This document shows positions 9,177 to 18,988 of a DNA stretch of 61,844 bases, one piece after another. The DNA comes from an uncultured bacterium (lineage in GTDB: Bacteria > Fidelibacterota > Marinisomatia > Marinisomatales > UBA1611): assembly GCA_964561495.1 (NCBI GenBank), contig CAZLPW010000007.1:1-61844 (forward strand), read 5' to 3'. Numbering within the stretch: the first letter of the stretch is position 1; every line of letters begins with the position of its first letter. The position numbers and the translations under genes were made by a program. Under the pieces are notes generated by a model that was given only the letters and a program-made list of their open reading frames with translations, made no database searches and had not been told where the DNA came from.

Positions 9177-10439
9177 ATGAACGTTAAGATTGGCGTTATA
9201 CAGTTTCCAGGTTCAAATACAGAACGAGAGACAATGATGGCCTGTCGGCGAGCAAAAATGGAACCCGTCGAGTTTTTGTGGAACCACCCCACAGACGCAT
9301 TCTCGTCTTTAGATGGATATATTATTGTAGGAGGATTTTCTTATGAAGACCGGTCAAGGTCTGGTGTCATTGCATCTTTAGATCCCGTTATAAAAAAAAT
9401 AAAAGATCAGGCTAATCTAGGTAAGCCCGTTCTTGGCATATGTAATGGAGCACAAATTTTAATTGAATCGGGTATAGTACCAGGCGCTCACAATGATAGC
9501 CTATCAATAGCCTTAACTAAAAACAAACAAATTCAAAATGATAAAGTTGTTGGTGTTGGCTACTATAATTGTTGGGCGAATTTATTGCTTTCTGTTTCAC
9601 CTAAACTATGCGCATTTACTTGCGACATGGATAAAAGTGAGGCAATAAAAATACCTCTGGCTCATGGTGAGGGCCGTTTTATAATGAACGACAAATTGCT
9701 TGAAAAATTAATTTCAAACGGGCAAGCTGTTTTTAGATATTGTAATGAAAGATCTGAAATTAAAACTGAGTTTCCTACTAATCCGAATGGATCAGTTTAC
9801 AATTTAGCGGCTATATCAAACGCTAGTGGAAACGTTATGGCAATCATGCCTCACCCGGAAAGAACTATTAATGGGGATAAAATATTTTCTTCTATGAAAA
9901 AATATATTATCACAAAAACAAAAAAAAGAGAGATAGGGCTTAATTACAAACCAGAGAAATATATTATCAAAAGTTATAACTCAAGTAAAAATTCGACTGT
10001 ATGGACAGTTGAAATGATTATAACTGATAATGAAGCAGACACAGTTCAAACCACCCTATCAGAAATGGGTATTTCAGCGATTGTAAAAAGACAAACATGG
10101 TGGGAAATAGAAACCGCTGGAAACAACACCGCTTCGGTTCTTGAAAAAATAAGCAAATCTGGAGAGCTTTATAATTCTAACAAAGAGTTTTTATCAAAGC
10201 CAAAAATGGATAATACAAGTTGTTCTTTTTTAGTTCGAGATAGGGAAGATGTTCTAGGCCGATCTAAACTAGAAATATTAAAAACCCGTTTTATGATAAA
10301 TAATTTAGACCAAATAAAACACGGTGTGGTTTGGAGCTTTGTTGTTCCAGAAAAAAAAACTGATCAAACCATAAATAAAATTTTAAATACTAACATAATA
10401 TACAACCCAAATTCTCATGAATGCTATAGAATCCACTAA
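9177..10439 (+). CDS. purQ: FGAM synthase glutaminase subunit PurQ with two C-terminal PurS-like repeats
   Basis: FPGSN, GGFSYED, LGICNGAQIL (catalytic Cys), AHGEGR, NPNGS and MPHPER motifs in the first ~245 aa; ~175 aa C-terminal extension. Confidence 0.92.
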   Translation: MNVKIGVIQFPGSNTERETMMACRRAKMEPVEFLWNHPTDAFSSLDGYIIVGGFSYEDRSRSGVIASLDPVIKKIKDQANLGKPVLGICNGAQILIESGIVPGAHNDSLSIALTKNKQIQNDKVVGVGYYNCWANLLLSVSPKLCAFTCDMDKSEAIKIPLAHGEGRFIMNDKLLEKLISNGQAVFRYCNERSEIKTEFPTNPNGSVYNLAAISNASGNVMAIMPHPERTINGDKIFSSMKKYIITKTKKREIGLNYKPEKYIIKSYNSSKNSTVWTVEMIITDNEADTVQTTLSEMGISAIVKRQTWWEIETAGNNTASVLEKISKSGELYNSNKEFLSKPKMDNTSCSFLVRDREDVLGRSKLEILKTRFMINNLDQIKHGVVWSFVVPEKKTDQTINKILNTNIIYNPNSHECYRIH

Positions 10440-11403
10440 ACACTACAAAGACCGTATTACAAAGGAACTTAAAAACACACTCACAGAGACTTCAATAAAA
10501 GGAGGTATCAAAAAAAACGGAAAGGTCCGTGATCAATATGAGCTTGATGACAAAATTATTCTAATTACCACAGATCGACAGAGTGCATTTGATCGTGTGC
10601 TTGCTTCAATTCCATTTAAAGGCCAGGTGCTAAACTTGACTAGTGGGTGGTGGTTTGAAAAAACAAAACACATAATTGAAAACCATGTTATTTCCATACC
10701 CGACCCCAATATTACAATCGCAAAAAAATGTTCTGTTTTCCCGATTGAGTTTGTAGTCCGAGGATATATTACAGGAAGCACCAGTACTGCACTGTGGACG
10801 GTCTACAATAATGGAGCGCGAGAATACTGTGGCAACGCACTTCCAGAGGGTTTAATTAAAAACCAAAAGCTTGACTCAATAATGTTAACACCTACTACAA
10901 AAGAAGTTGAACACGATAGACCTATTTCACCAGATGAAATTATTAAAGAGAGCTGGATGTCTAAAAAAGACTGGGAATATTGTAGTCAAAAAGCCTTGGA
11001 GCTATTCAGGTTTGGCCAAGAAAAAGCGAAGGAGCATGGAATGATTTTGGTTGATACAAAATATGAAATGGGAAAAGATAGCGATGGCAATATTATGCTA
11101 ATTGATGAAATCCACACACCCGATTCAAGCCGTTACTGGTTGGCACAGACATATGATGAAAGAATGGCGAACAACATGGAGCCTGAAAACATAGACAAAG
11201 AATTCCTTCGTTTGTGGTTTTCAGATAATTGCGACCCATATAATGACCCAGACTTACCAGACGCACCTCCAGAATTAGTAGCAGAGCTTTCTAGTCGATA
11301 TATCTATTTATATGAAACTATTACAGGAAGTCTATTCCCCTTTCCTGATATAGGAAAGTCAATAAAGGACAGAATAAATAAAAACTTAAAGGATAAAATA
11401 TGA
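10417..11403 (+). CDS. purC: SAICAR synthetase (long, plant/yeast-like type)
   Basis: GKVRDQY, TDRQSAFD, IPFKGQVLN, VRGYITGS, VDTKYEMG, DEIHTPDSSRYW and DKEFLR motifs. Confidence 0.95.
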   Translation: MNAIESTKHYKDRITKELKNTLTETSIKGGIKKNGKVRDQYELDDKIILITTDRQSAFDRVLASIPFKGQVLNLTSGWWFEKTKHIIENHVISIPDPNITIAKKCSVFPIEFVVRGYITGSTSTALWTVYNNGAREYCGNALPEGLIKNQKLDSIMLTPTTKEVEHDRPISPDEIIKESWMSKKDWEYCSQKALELFRFGQEKAKEHGMILVDTKYEMGKDSDGNIMLIDEIHTPDSSRYWLAQTYDERMANNMEPENIDKEFLRLWFSDNCDPYNDPDLPDAPPELVAELSSRYIYLYETITGSLFPFPDIGKSIKDRINKNLKDKI

Positions 11404-11786
11404 AAACCATAATAATTATGGGCTCTTCATCAGACGAACCTCATGCAAAAAAAATAACAGATAAACTTGATGAGTATAAAATATTATGGGAAAAACATGT
11501 CGCATCTGCACATAAACAACCTCTTGAGGTTTTAAAGATTTTGGATGAAAACAGCGGGAAAAAGGATGTCGTTTACATTACCATTGCTGGCAGATCCAAT
11601 GCGCTATCTGGTTTTGTTGCCGCCAACTCGGAGCATCCAACTATTGGCTGCCCTCCTTTTTCAGATAAATCAGACATGCTTGTTAATATTCATTCAACAC
11701 TGCAAATGCCAAGTAACACACCAGTGTTGACCGTAATTGATCCTGGAAATTGTGCCTTGGCAGTCAAAAGAATTTTTCGTGCCTGA
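11400..11786 (+). CDS. purE: AIR carboxylase PurE, short, class II-like
   Basis: IIMGSSSD, VASAHK, IAGRSNALSG and PTIGCPP motifs; ATGA overlap with purC. Confidence 0.9.
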   Translation: MKTIIIMGSSSDEPHAKKITDKLDEYKILWEKHVASAHKQPLEVLKILDENSGKKDVVYITIAGRSNALSGFVAANSEHPTIGCPPFSDKSDMLVNIHSTLQMPSNTPVLTVIDPGNCALAVKRIFRA

Positions 11787-13128
11787 AAAACTAAAGGCTG
11801 TTTCTCCTGTTGATGGAAGGTATGGAAAATCAACCTCGCCTTTAAGCCCTTATTTTTCTGAGTCTGGTTTAATGCGTTATCGTTTAATAATAGAGATTGA
11901 ATATTTAATTGCACTGAGTGAAGAAAAAAAAATATATGAACTTGCACATTTTTCAAAATTACAAATAAAACGGTTCCGAAACATTTATTTGAAGTTCAAT
12001 GATGATGATGCAAAAAAAATAAAAGAAATCGAAAAAAAAACTAATCATGATGTTAAAGCTATAGAGTATTTTTTACATGATAAAATTAAAAAACAGCTAC
12101 ATCCATGGGTCCATTTTTGTTTAACCTCTGAAGACGTAAACAACCTTGCTTATTCACTGATGTGGAAAGATGCACTAAGAGATATCTATCTTCCAAAACT
12201 ATTATTAATTCATAAGCAACTTAAAAAGTTTGCAAAAAAATATAAAAAACTTCCTTTGCTTTCACTGACTCACGGTCAACCCGCAACACCCACCACATTC
12301 GGTAAAGAACTAGCTGTTTTCTACAAGAGATTAAACAGACAAATAGATCAATTAAAAACGCAAGAGTTTTTTGGAAAATTTGGTGGTGCAACTGGCACCT
12401 GGTCTGCTCATATAGTTGCATACCCAAACATAAACTGGGTTTCTTTCGCAGAAAAATTTGTCAAAAGGCTTGGCCTTAATTTAAATTTTATTACAACCCA
12501 GATCGAACCGCACGATTCTTTATCTGAAAGCTATCATCAAATAATTAGAGTAAATAATATTTTGATTGACCTCTGCAGAGACCTCTGGTTTTATATAAGC
12601 AGAGGTTTGCTTGCCCAAAAAAAAGTTTCTGGAGAGATTGGGTCCTCTACAATGCCCCATAAAATAAATCCCATCCAATTCGAAAATGCGGAAGGCAACC
12701 TGGAGCTTGCAAATAAATTACTGGGATACTTGGCTACGAAACTTCCAATATCAAGGATGCAAAGAGACCTGACAGATAGTACAACAATTCGTAATCAAGG
12801 TGTTGCAATGAGCCATGGTTTTCTAGGGCTAAACAACATTTTAAAAGGCCTTGACAGAATAACTGTCAACAAAATTCAAATTAACGCGGAACTAGAAAAT
12901 CATTGGGAGGTGTTAGCAGAGGCAGTACAAACACTCCTTCGAAAAGCTGGAAAACCAGATGCCTATGAAAAACTTAAATCAATTACACGAGGCAAATCTG
13001 TCGATGTCGAAACAGTTGCCGAGTTTGTATCTGGATTAAATCTATCAGAGCAAGACACCCAAACTCTTCTAACGCTTACACCCTCAAGCTACATTGGCTT
13101 GTCTTCTGAGCTGGTAGACAAAATCTAA
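11779..13128 (+). CDS. purB: Adenylosuccinate lyase
   Basis: SPVDGRY, TNHDVKAIEY, THGQPATPTT and GSSTMPHKINPI motifs; GTG at 11779 overlapping the purE stop is the likely start. Confidence 0.95.
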   Translation: MPEKLKAVSPVDGRYGKSTSPLSPYFSESGLMRYRLIIEIEYLIALSEEKKIYELAHFSKLQIKRFRNIYLKFNDDDAKKIKEIEKKTNHDVKAIEYFLHDKIKKQLHPWVHFCLTSEDVNNLAYSLMWKDALRDIYLPKLLLIHKQLKKFAKKYKKLPLLSLTHGQPATPTTFGKELAVFYKRLNRQIDQLKTQEFFGKFGGATGTWSAHIVAYPNINWVSFAEKFVKRLGLNLNFITTQIEPHDSLSESYHQIIRVNNILIDLCRDLWFYISRGLLAQKKVSGEIGSSTMPHKINPIQFENAEGNLELANKLLGYLATKLPISRMQRDLTDSTTIRNQGVAMSHGFLGLNNILKGLDRITVNKIQINAELENHWEVLAEAVQTLLRKAGKPDAYEKLKSITRGKSVDVETVAEFVSGLNLSEQDTQTLLTLTPSSYIGLSSELVDKI

Positions 13129-14582
13129 TGTGTGGGATACTAGGCCTCTACCATAACAAGTCACAGGTGGCTGGAGATATTTATGATGGTTTAATTCAGC
13201 TACAACATCGCGGACAAGACGCCGCTGGTATTTCGACTCTGGATGATTCCAAAATGCACCTACATAAAGAACTTGGCCTGGTGACAGAGGTTTTTAAAAA
13301 AGGTCGGCTTAAAACAAGCCTAATCGGGTCTATTGGCATTGGTCATGTACGATATCCAACCGCAGGTAGTAATGATGTAAATGATTCTCAACCCTTTTAT
13401 ACCGCTAACCCTGCTATTATTTCATTAGCCCACAACGGAACACTTACAAACAGTGATAAAATTAGATCTGCTCTGACAAAAACTTCTTTTTGCCAGTTTA
13501 ACACTAATTCTGATTCTGAAGTTTTGATGAAGCTTTTTGCCTATGAACTTTATTCTACTAATTTTAAAAAATTAGGTAAGGTTCACATATTTAAAGCACT
13601 AAGGGAAGTGTTTAAAAAATGCTTCGGTGGTTATGCAGCGGTTTCTTTAGTCTCCAGTATCGGCCTTATTGCTTTTAGAGATCCAAATGGAATACGCCCC
13701 CTATCTTTGGGACAAAAAGGTGACTCGTATATGGTCGCGTCAGAAAGCAGCGCTCTCTCTGCTTTAGACTTCAATCTTATAAAAGATATTAGCCCAGGAG
13801 AAGCAATTGTTATTGATACAAATGGATTTATTTCTTCAAAAAAAATTGTAAAAAAAAGTACACAGATGCCCTGCCTCTTTGAGTTTGTTTACTTTTCTCG
13901 TCCTGATTCTTCTATTGATTCAATTTCTGTTCATAAATCAAGATTAAGAATGGGAGATTTTTTAGGAGAAAAAATTTTAAGAGAATATCCCAATTTAAAT
14001 GTCGACGTTGTAATACCTATTCCAGACACTAGCAGGACAGCCGCGATGCAAGTTGCTCACAAGCTAGGAGTAAAATACAGAGAAGGTTTTATGAAAAACC
14101 GTTACATTGGTAGAACCTTCATTATGCCAGAACAAAAAACAAGAAAAAGATCTGTTAAACAAAAATTAAACCCTATAGATATTGAGTTTAAAAACAAAAG
14201 AGTTTTACTTGTAGATGATTCGATTGTCCGAGGTCATACTTCAAAAAAAATAATTCAATTAGTAAAAAAGAGCGGAGCTAAAAAAGTGTTTTTTGCTTCT
14301 GCGTCTCCACCGATTAGATTCCAAAATATTTATGGGATTGATATGCCTGCAACATCAGAATTAATTGCTCACAACAGATCAATCAAACAAATAAAAAATT
14401 ATATAAAAGCAGATGAATTGATTTACCAAGACCTTGAAGATTTAAAACTTTCAGCAACAATAGGCAACCCGAAAATAACAAAGTTTGAAGATTCTGTTTT
14501 TACTGGAGCATATCCCGTAGGTAACATAACTAAAAATTTTCTGAAAAATTTAGAAAACACCAGGTCAGATCTTTCTAAATAA
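13128..14582 (+). CDS. purF: Amidophosphoribosyltransferase
   Basis: N-terminal MCGILG (Ntn Cys), LQHRGQDAAG, GHVRYPTAG, HNG and VLLVDDSIVRG motifs. Confidence 0.97.
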   Translation: MCGILGLYHNKSQVAGDIYDGLIQLQHRGQDAAGISTLDDSKMHLHKELGLVTEVFKKGRLKTSLIGSIGIGHVRYPTAGSNDVNDSQPFYTANPAIISLAHNGTLTNSDKIRSALTKTSFCQFNTNSDSEVLMKLFAYELYSTNFKKLGKVHIFKALREVFKKCFGGYAAVSLVSSIGLIAFRDPNGIRPLSLGQKGDSYMVASESSALSALDFNLIKDISPGEAIVIDTNGFISSKKIVKKSTQMPCLFEFVYFSRPDSSIDSISVHKSRLRMGDFLGEKILREYPNLNVDVVIPIPDTSRTAAMQVAHKLGVKYREGFMKNRYIGRTFIMPEQKTRKRSVKQKLNPIDIEFKNKRVLLVDDSIVRGHTSKKIIQLVKKSGAKKVFFASASPPIRFQNIYGIDMPATSELIAHNRSIKQIKNYIKADELIYQDLEDLKLSATIGNPKITKFEDSVFTGAYPVGNITKNFLKNLENTRSDLSK

Positions 14583-14606
14583 TAAAAAACTTACTTGAAA
14601 CTTTAG

Positions 14607-15923
14607 ATGAATAATAAAATTCTATTAATTGGCTCTGGGGCTAGAGAACATGCAATAGCAAAGGCATTAAAAAAATCTAAAGCTAAGATTGAGCTCTTTT
14701 GTATGGCATCTAGTTTAAATCCTGGGATAGCAAAAATAAGTTCAGAAATCATAGTTGAAAATTTTAATAACATTGATAATGTTATAAAGTATGCTAGAGC
14801 TAAATCCATTTCACTTGCAATTATAGGACCTGAAAACCCCCTAGAAATTGGGCTGGCTGATTCTCTTTGGAATGAGAAAATAAAAGTTGTTGGTCCTAAA
14901 AAAAAATTAGCTAGAATTGAAACCTCGAAATCTTTTGCTAGAGATTTACTTAAAAAATATAAAATACCTGGATGTCCCAATTATAAAACCTTCGATTCAA
15001 TGATTGGTGTAGATTCTTTTTTAACGGAAATTGGAAATCATTTTGTTATAAAGTTTGATGGCCTCGCTGGTGGTAAAGGTGTAAAAGTCTCTGGAGAACA
15101 TTTATCCAATCATGCTGAAGCAATAGATTATTGTAAGCAAATAGTCAATGCCAGTGGTTTATTTGTTATTGAAGAAAAATTTATTGGAGAAGAATTCTCT
15201 CTTATGAGTTTTTGTGATGGAGACACCCTACAACATATGCCAGCTGTTCAAGACCATAAAAGAGCTTACGATGGAGACACTGGCCCGAACACTGGAGGAA
15301 TGGGAACATACTCTGATAAAAACCACTCTTTGCCTTTCCTAAAAAAGTCTGATGTCGAACAGGCACAAAATATTAATGTGTCCGTTTCAGAGGCCCTGAA
15401 AAAAGAATTTGGTGAGGGGTATAAGGGTATATTATACGGTGGATTTATGGCTACATCTGATGGCGTTAAAGTCATCGAGTATAATGCGCGCTTTGGAGAT
15501 CCAGAAGCAATGAATGTTTTATCTGTCTTAGAAACAGATTTTTTTGAAATCTGCGATGCTATATCAAGAGGCAGATTAAACAAATTAGATTTAAAATTTC
15601 AAAAAAAAGCAACTGTATGCAAATATGCTGTGCCCAAAGGTTACCCTGATAATCCAATAAAAGGAATGCCTATTTATATTAATGATAATCCTACAGATTC
15701 TGGGGCGTTTTTTTTCGCTTCGGTGGATATAAAAAATGACAAATTAATTGAACTCGGCAGCAGAACAATAGCATCGGTGGGAGTTGGAAACACTATTTCA
15801 GAAGCTGAGAAAATAGCCGAGAAAAAGATTAAAACCGTTGAGGGGCCTCTTTTTCATAGAAAGGATATTGGAACAAATAAAATAATACAAAAACGAATTA
15901 AACATATGAATCTACTAAGATGA
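14607..15923 (+). CDS. purD: Phosphoribosylamine-glycine ligase
   Basis: IGSGAREHA, GPENPL, DGLAGGKGV, QDHKRAYDGDTGPNTGGMG and EYNARFGDPE motifs. Confidence 0.97.
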   Translation: MNNKILLIGSGAREHAIAKALKKSKAKIELFCMASSLNPGIAKISSEIIVENFNNIDNVIKYARAKSISLAIIGPENPLEIGLADSLWNEKIKVVGPKKKLARIETSKSFARDLLKKYKIPGCPNYKTFDSMIGVDSFLTEIGNHFVIKFDGLAGGKGVKVSGEHLSNHAEAIDYCKQIVNASGLFVIEEKFIGEEFSLMSFCDGDTLQHMPAVQDHKRAYDGDTGPNTGGMGTYSDKNHSLPFLKKSDVEQAQNINVSVSEALKKEFGEGYKGILYGGFMATSDGVKVIEYNARFGDPEAMNVLSVLETDFFEICDAISRGRLNKLDLKFQKKATVCKYAVPKGYPDNPIKGMPIYINDNPTDSGAFFFASVDIKNDKLIELGSRTIASVGVGNTISEAEKIAEKKIKTVEGPLFHRKDIGTNKIIQKRIKHMNLLR

Positions 15924-16486
15924 TTAAAATCGGTGTTTTAGGCTCTACAAATGGAACTGATCTTCAACCAATTTTAGACGAAATTGATAAAGGTGACTTA
16001 GAAGCAAAGATATCAATTGTAATATCCAATATTCAAAATGCATATATATTGAAAAGAGCAAAAAAAAACAGTGTTCCTTCTTTTTTTATTTCACATAAAG
16101 ACATAACCAGAGAAGAATTTGATAATAAAATAACTCAACTTTTTTTAAAATACGAAGTTCAACTTATTTTGCTAATTGGATTCATGCGGATTTTATCTTC
16201 TAAGTTTTGTCTTGAATGGAAAAATAAAATTTTGAACGTTCACCCATCACTATTACCAAAGTACGCTGGCGGAATGGACATGAGCATTCATAAAAAAATA
16301 ATAAAGAATAAAGACAAAGAAACTGGCTGTACAATACATCTTGTAACAGAGAAATTAGATTCTGGGCCAATACTTATCCAAAAAAAATGTTCTGTTAGTC
16401 CTCTTGATAATGCAAAAACACTAAAAGAAAAAGTCCAAAAATTAGAAGGCCAAGCTTTTTTAGAAGCCATCAGATTATTTAACTAA
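15920..16486 (+). CDS. purN: Phosphoribosylglycinamide formyltransferase
   Basis: GSTNGTDLQ, GFMRILS, LNVHPSLLPKY, ETGCTIH and LDSGPI motifs. Confidence 0.95.
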   Translation: MIKIGVLGSTNGTDLQPILDEIDKGDLEAKISIVISNIQNAYILKRAKKNSVPSFFISHKDITREEFDNKITQLFLKYEVQLILLIGFMRILSSKFCLEWKNKILNVHPSLLPKYAGGMDMSIHKKIIKNKDKETGCTIHLVTEKLDSGPILIQKKCSVSPLDNAKTLKEKVQKLEGQAFLEAIRLFN

Positions 16487-16923
16487 TGAAAAATAAAGTT
16501 GATATAATTAAACAAATTAATTTAAAAGCCAAGGGAACTTTGGTAGAAAACCTGGGTATTGTAATTACTGATATTGATTCTCTTTCTGTATCAGGGAAAA
16601 TGCCCGTTGATAACCGAACCCTTCAGCCATTTGGGCTATTACATGGGGGCGCAAGTGTTGCTTTAGCTGAAACACTTGGCAGTATTGCTGGTGGAATGCA
16701 GGTTGGTTTTAAAACACACTCAGTGGTTGGAATAGAGATAAGCTCTAGTCACCTTCGTTCTGTCTCCAATGGTTGGGTTTATGGAAAGGCAAACGCCGTT
16801 CGGGTTGGGAAAAAAATTCAGGTTTGGGAAATTTCCATAACCAATAGCAGTAACAAGATTATTTCAAAAAGCAGACTAACTTTAGCAGTAATAAAAAATG
16901 ACAAACAACATTCCGATAAATAA
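16486..16923 (+). CDS. Hotdog-fold thioesterase (PaaI/MenI-YdiI family)
   Basis: MPVDNRTLQPFGLLHGGASVALAETLGS signature. Confidence 0.88.
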   Translation: MKNKVDIIKQINLKAKGTLVENLGIVITDIDSLSVSGKMPVDNRTLQPFGLLHGGASVALAETLGSIAGGMQVGFKTHSVVGIEISSSHLRSVSNGWVYGKANAVRVGKKIQVWEISITNSSNKIISKSRLTLAVIKNDKQHSDK

Positions 16924-18457
16924 AGAGCCTTTAAGAATCAAACGGGCATTGATTTCTGTTTTTGATAAAACAGGAATATTAGAGATAGCAAAATCTTTGG
17001 CCGCTTCTAATATTGAAATTTTATCAACTGGTGGAACAGAAAAAACACTTCGAGAATCGAGTGTACCTGTAACTAATGTTTCAGACTACACAAACTTTCC
17101 TGAAATCATGAACGGCAGAGTAAAAACAATTAATCCACTTATAGAGGGTGGAATATTGGGATTTAGAGATGTTCATTTGGAAGAGGCCAAAAAACATAAA
17201 ATTAAATGGATTGATCTCGTTATTTGCAACCTATACCCTTTTTCAAAAACAATAATGCGCAAAGATTGTGATCTTTCATTTGCTCTTGAAAATATTGACA
17301 TTGGTGGTCCCACGATGATTCGCTCTGCAGCTAAAAATCTTGGTTGGGTTTGTGTTGTTGTTGATCCTAGCGATTATAAAAAAATTGGTGAAGAGCTAAC
17401 TAAGTCAAATACTGTTTCATTTAATCTAAGAAAAGATCTTTCAACTAAAGCCTTCGGCCATACTGCGCAATATGATGTTATAATTCATAATTATTTAAAA
17501 AAAGAAAAACTTCCTGATAAAATGTCACTGTCTTTTAATAAACATTCTACAATGAGATATGGTGAAAACCCAACCCAGAAGGCAGCCGCCTATCAAACAC
17601 CTAATAATAATGGGAACAACATTTTAAATGCAAAAACACATCAGGGCAAACCCCTGTCTTACAATAACATAATGGACGCCGATGCTGCGTTAAACTGTAT
17701 TAAAGAATTTGATTCCACTGCCTGTGTTGTTGTTAAGCACGCAAACCCATGTGGTGTGTCTGTAGGAGGCCAAGATATTGTCAAGGTTTTTAAACAAGCC
17801 TTCAGCGCTGACAAACTATCTGCTTTTGGAGGAGTAATAGCCTTAAATAAAACCTGCAATAAACAAATAGCAAATGAAATTTCAAAAGTTTTTGTAGAAT
17901 TAATTATTGCTCCTGATTTTGATGTTAATGCATTAAAAATACTTCAAAAAAAGAAGAGCTTGCGTGTTTTATCAATGGGGAAAATATCCAAAAGGAAAAA
18001 GGGCATTGAGATTCGAAACATAGATGGCGGCGTTCTTATTCAAGATGTAGATGTAAGTAGTTTAAATAAAAAGGATTTAAAAGTTGTGACAAATAAACAA
18101 GTTGACGATGAACATATTTCTACAATGCTTTTTGGCTGGAAAGTGCTAAAGCACATTAAGTCGAATGCTATTTTAACAGTAAAAAATAAGTCCACAGTGG
18201 GGGTTGGTGCAGGTCAAGTAAGCCGCGTTGATGCTGTTGATATAGCGGTAAAAAAATCTGGTGAAAACATTAAAGGATCTATCCTTTGCTCTGATGCCTT
18301 TTTCCCATTTAGAGATAGCATTGACAGAATTTCAGATAAAGGTATAGAGGCGATTATACAGCCTGGGGGTTCAATAAGAGATAAAGAAGTTATTGATGCT
18401 TGTAATGAACATAATATAGCTATGGTTTTTACTGGGGAACGATGTTTCAAACATTAA
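16898..18457 (+). CDS. purH: Bifunctional AICAR transformylase/IMP cyclohydrolase
   Basis: RALISVFDK, STGGT, GRVKT, ENIDIGGPTMIRSAAKN, RYGENP, KHANPCG, SDAFFPF and QPGGS motifs. Confidence 0.97.
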   Translation: MTNNIPINKEPLRIKRALISVFDKTGILEIAKSLAASNIEILSTGGTEKTLRESSVPVTNVSDYTNFPEIMNGRVKTINPLIEGGILGFRDVHLEEAKKHKIKWIDLVICNLYPFSKTIMRKDCDLSFALENIDIGGPTMIRSAAKNLGWVCVVVDPSDYKKIGEELTKSNTVSFNLRKDLSTKAFGHTAQYDVIIHNYLKKEKLPDKMSLSFNKHSTMRYGENPTQKAAAYQTPNNNGNNILNAKTHQGKPLSYNNIMDADAALNCIKEFDSTACVVVKHANPCGVSVGGQDIVKVFKQAFSADKLSAFGGVIALNKTCNKQIANEISKVFVELIIAPDFDVNALKILQKKKSLRVLSMGKISKRKKGIEIRNIDGGVLIQDVDVSSLNKKDLKVVTNKQVDDEHISTMLFGWKVLKHIKSNAILTVKNKSTVGVGAGQVSRVDAVDIAVKKSGENIKGSILCSDAFFPFRDSIDRISDKGIEAIIQPGGSIRDKEVIDACNEHNIAMVFTGERCFKH

Positions 18458-18475
18458 ATTAAAACAGGAATTACA

Positions 18476-18949
18476 ATCAAAAAAGAAATAGAAAAAAAAT
18501 TTATTGCTAGTTACATCCCTGATATCACAAATGGTTTTTTAATTGAACAAGGATACTTACAAATGGACATAATGCGTTCCGTTAGAGTAAGAACAATTAA
18601 TAATAAAAAAACAAAAGAAGGTTGGCTAACAATTAAAGGAACCAGCGATGATGGCGGAATCAGTCGACATGAGTTTGAAACAAAAATTTCCTTTGGTGAT
18701 GCAATCGATTTATTAAAACTGTGTGATGTTCCTCTAATTAATAAAACAAGATACCATTATAACTATAAAGGCTTTTTATGGGAAATAGATAAGTTTCACA
18801 AAGAAAATGATGGTTTGTTAATAGCAGAAATTGAATTAACACATTCAAGTCAAAAATTTCCTTTACCTGATTTTATCGATTGCGAAGTAACGGGTCAAAA
18901 AAAATATTATAATTTAATGCTTACAAAAAACCCTTTTAAATCATGGTGA
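18476..18949 (+). CDS. CYTH (triphosphate tunnel metalloenzyme) domain protein
   Basis: EIEKKF motif and IEQGYL lie in frame upstream of the first ATG (18563); VRVR, LTIKG, RHEFE, KTRY, WEIDKF and AEIEL motifs. Start is probably non-canonical ATC 18476 after AGGA. Confidence 0.85.
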   Translation: MKKEIEKKFIASYIPDITNGFLIEQGYLQMDIMRSVRVRTINNKKTKEGWLTIKGTSDDGGISRHEFETKISFGDAIDLLKLCDVPLINKTRYHYNYKGFLWEIDKFHKENDGLLIAEIELTHSSQKFPLPDFIDCEVTGQKKYYNLMLTKNPFKSW

Positions 18950-18970
18950 CGTTTAGTTTTTTTAAATTTT

Positions 18971-18988
18971 TTCTAACCGAATTCTAAC
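18971..18988 (+). promoter_or_regulatory. Pho-box-like direct repeat upstream of the Na/Pi-phoU operon
   Basis: TTCTAAC at 18971-18977 and 18982-18988, an exact 11 bp period, ~65 bp upstream of the transporter start. Confidence 0.5.

Noticed and set aside
9593-9608. Additional parS-like half sites (TGTTTCAC here and near 19699 and 36054)
   Set aside because: Only one arm matches; no palindrome
11737-11778. Extended PurB N-terminus
   Set aside because: Lies inside purE; GTG 11779 fits the homology and the coupling pattern better
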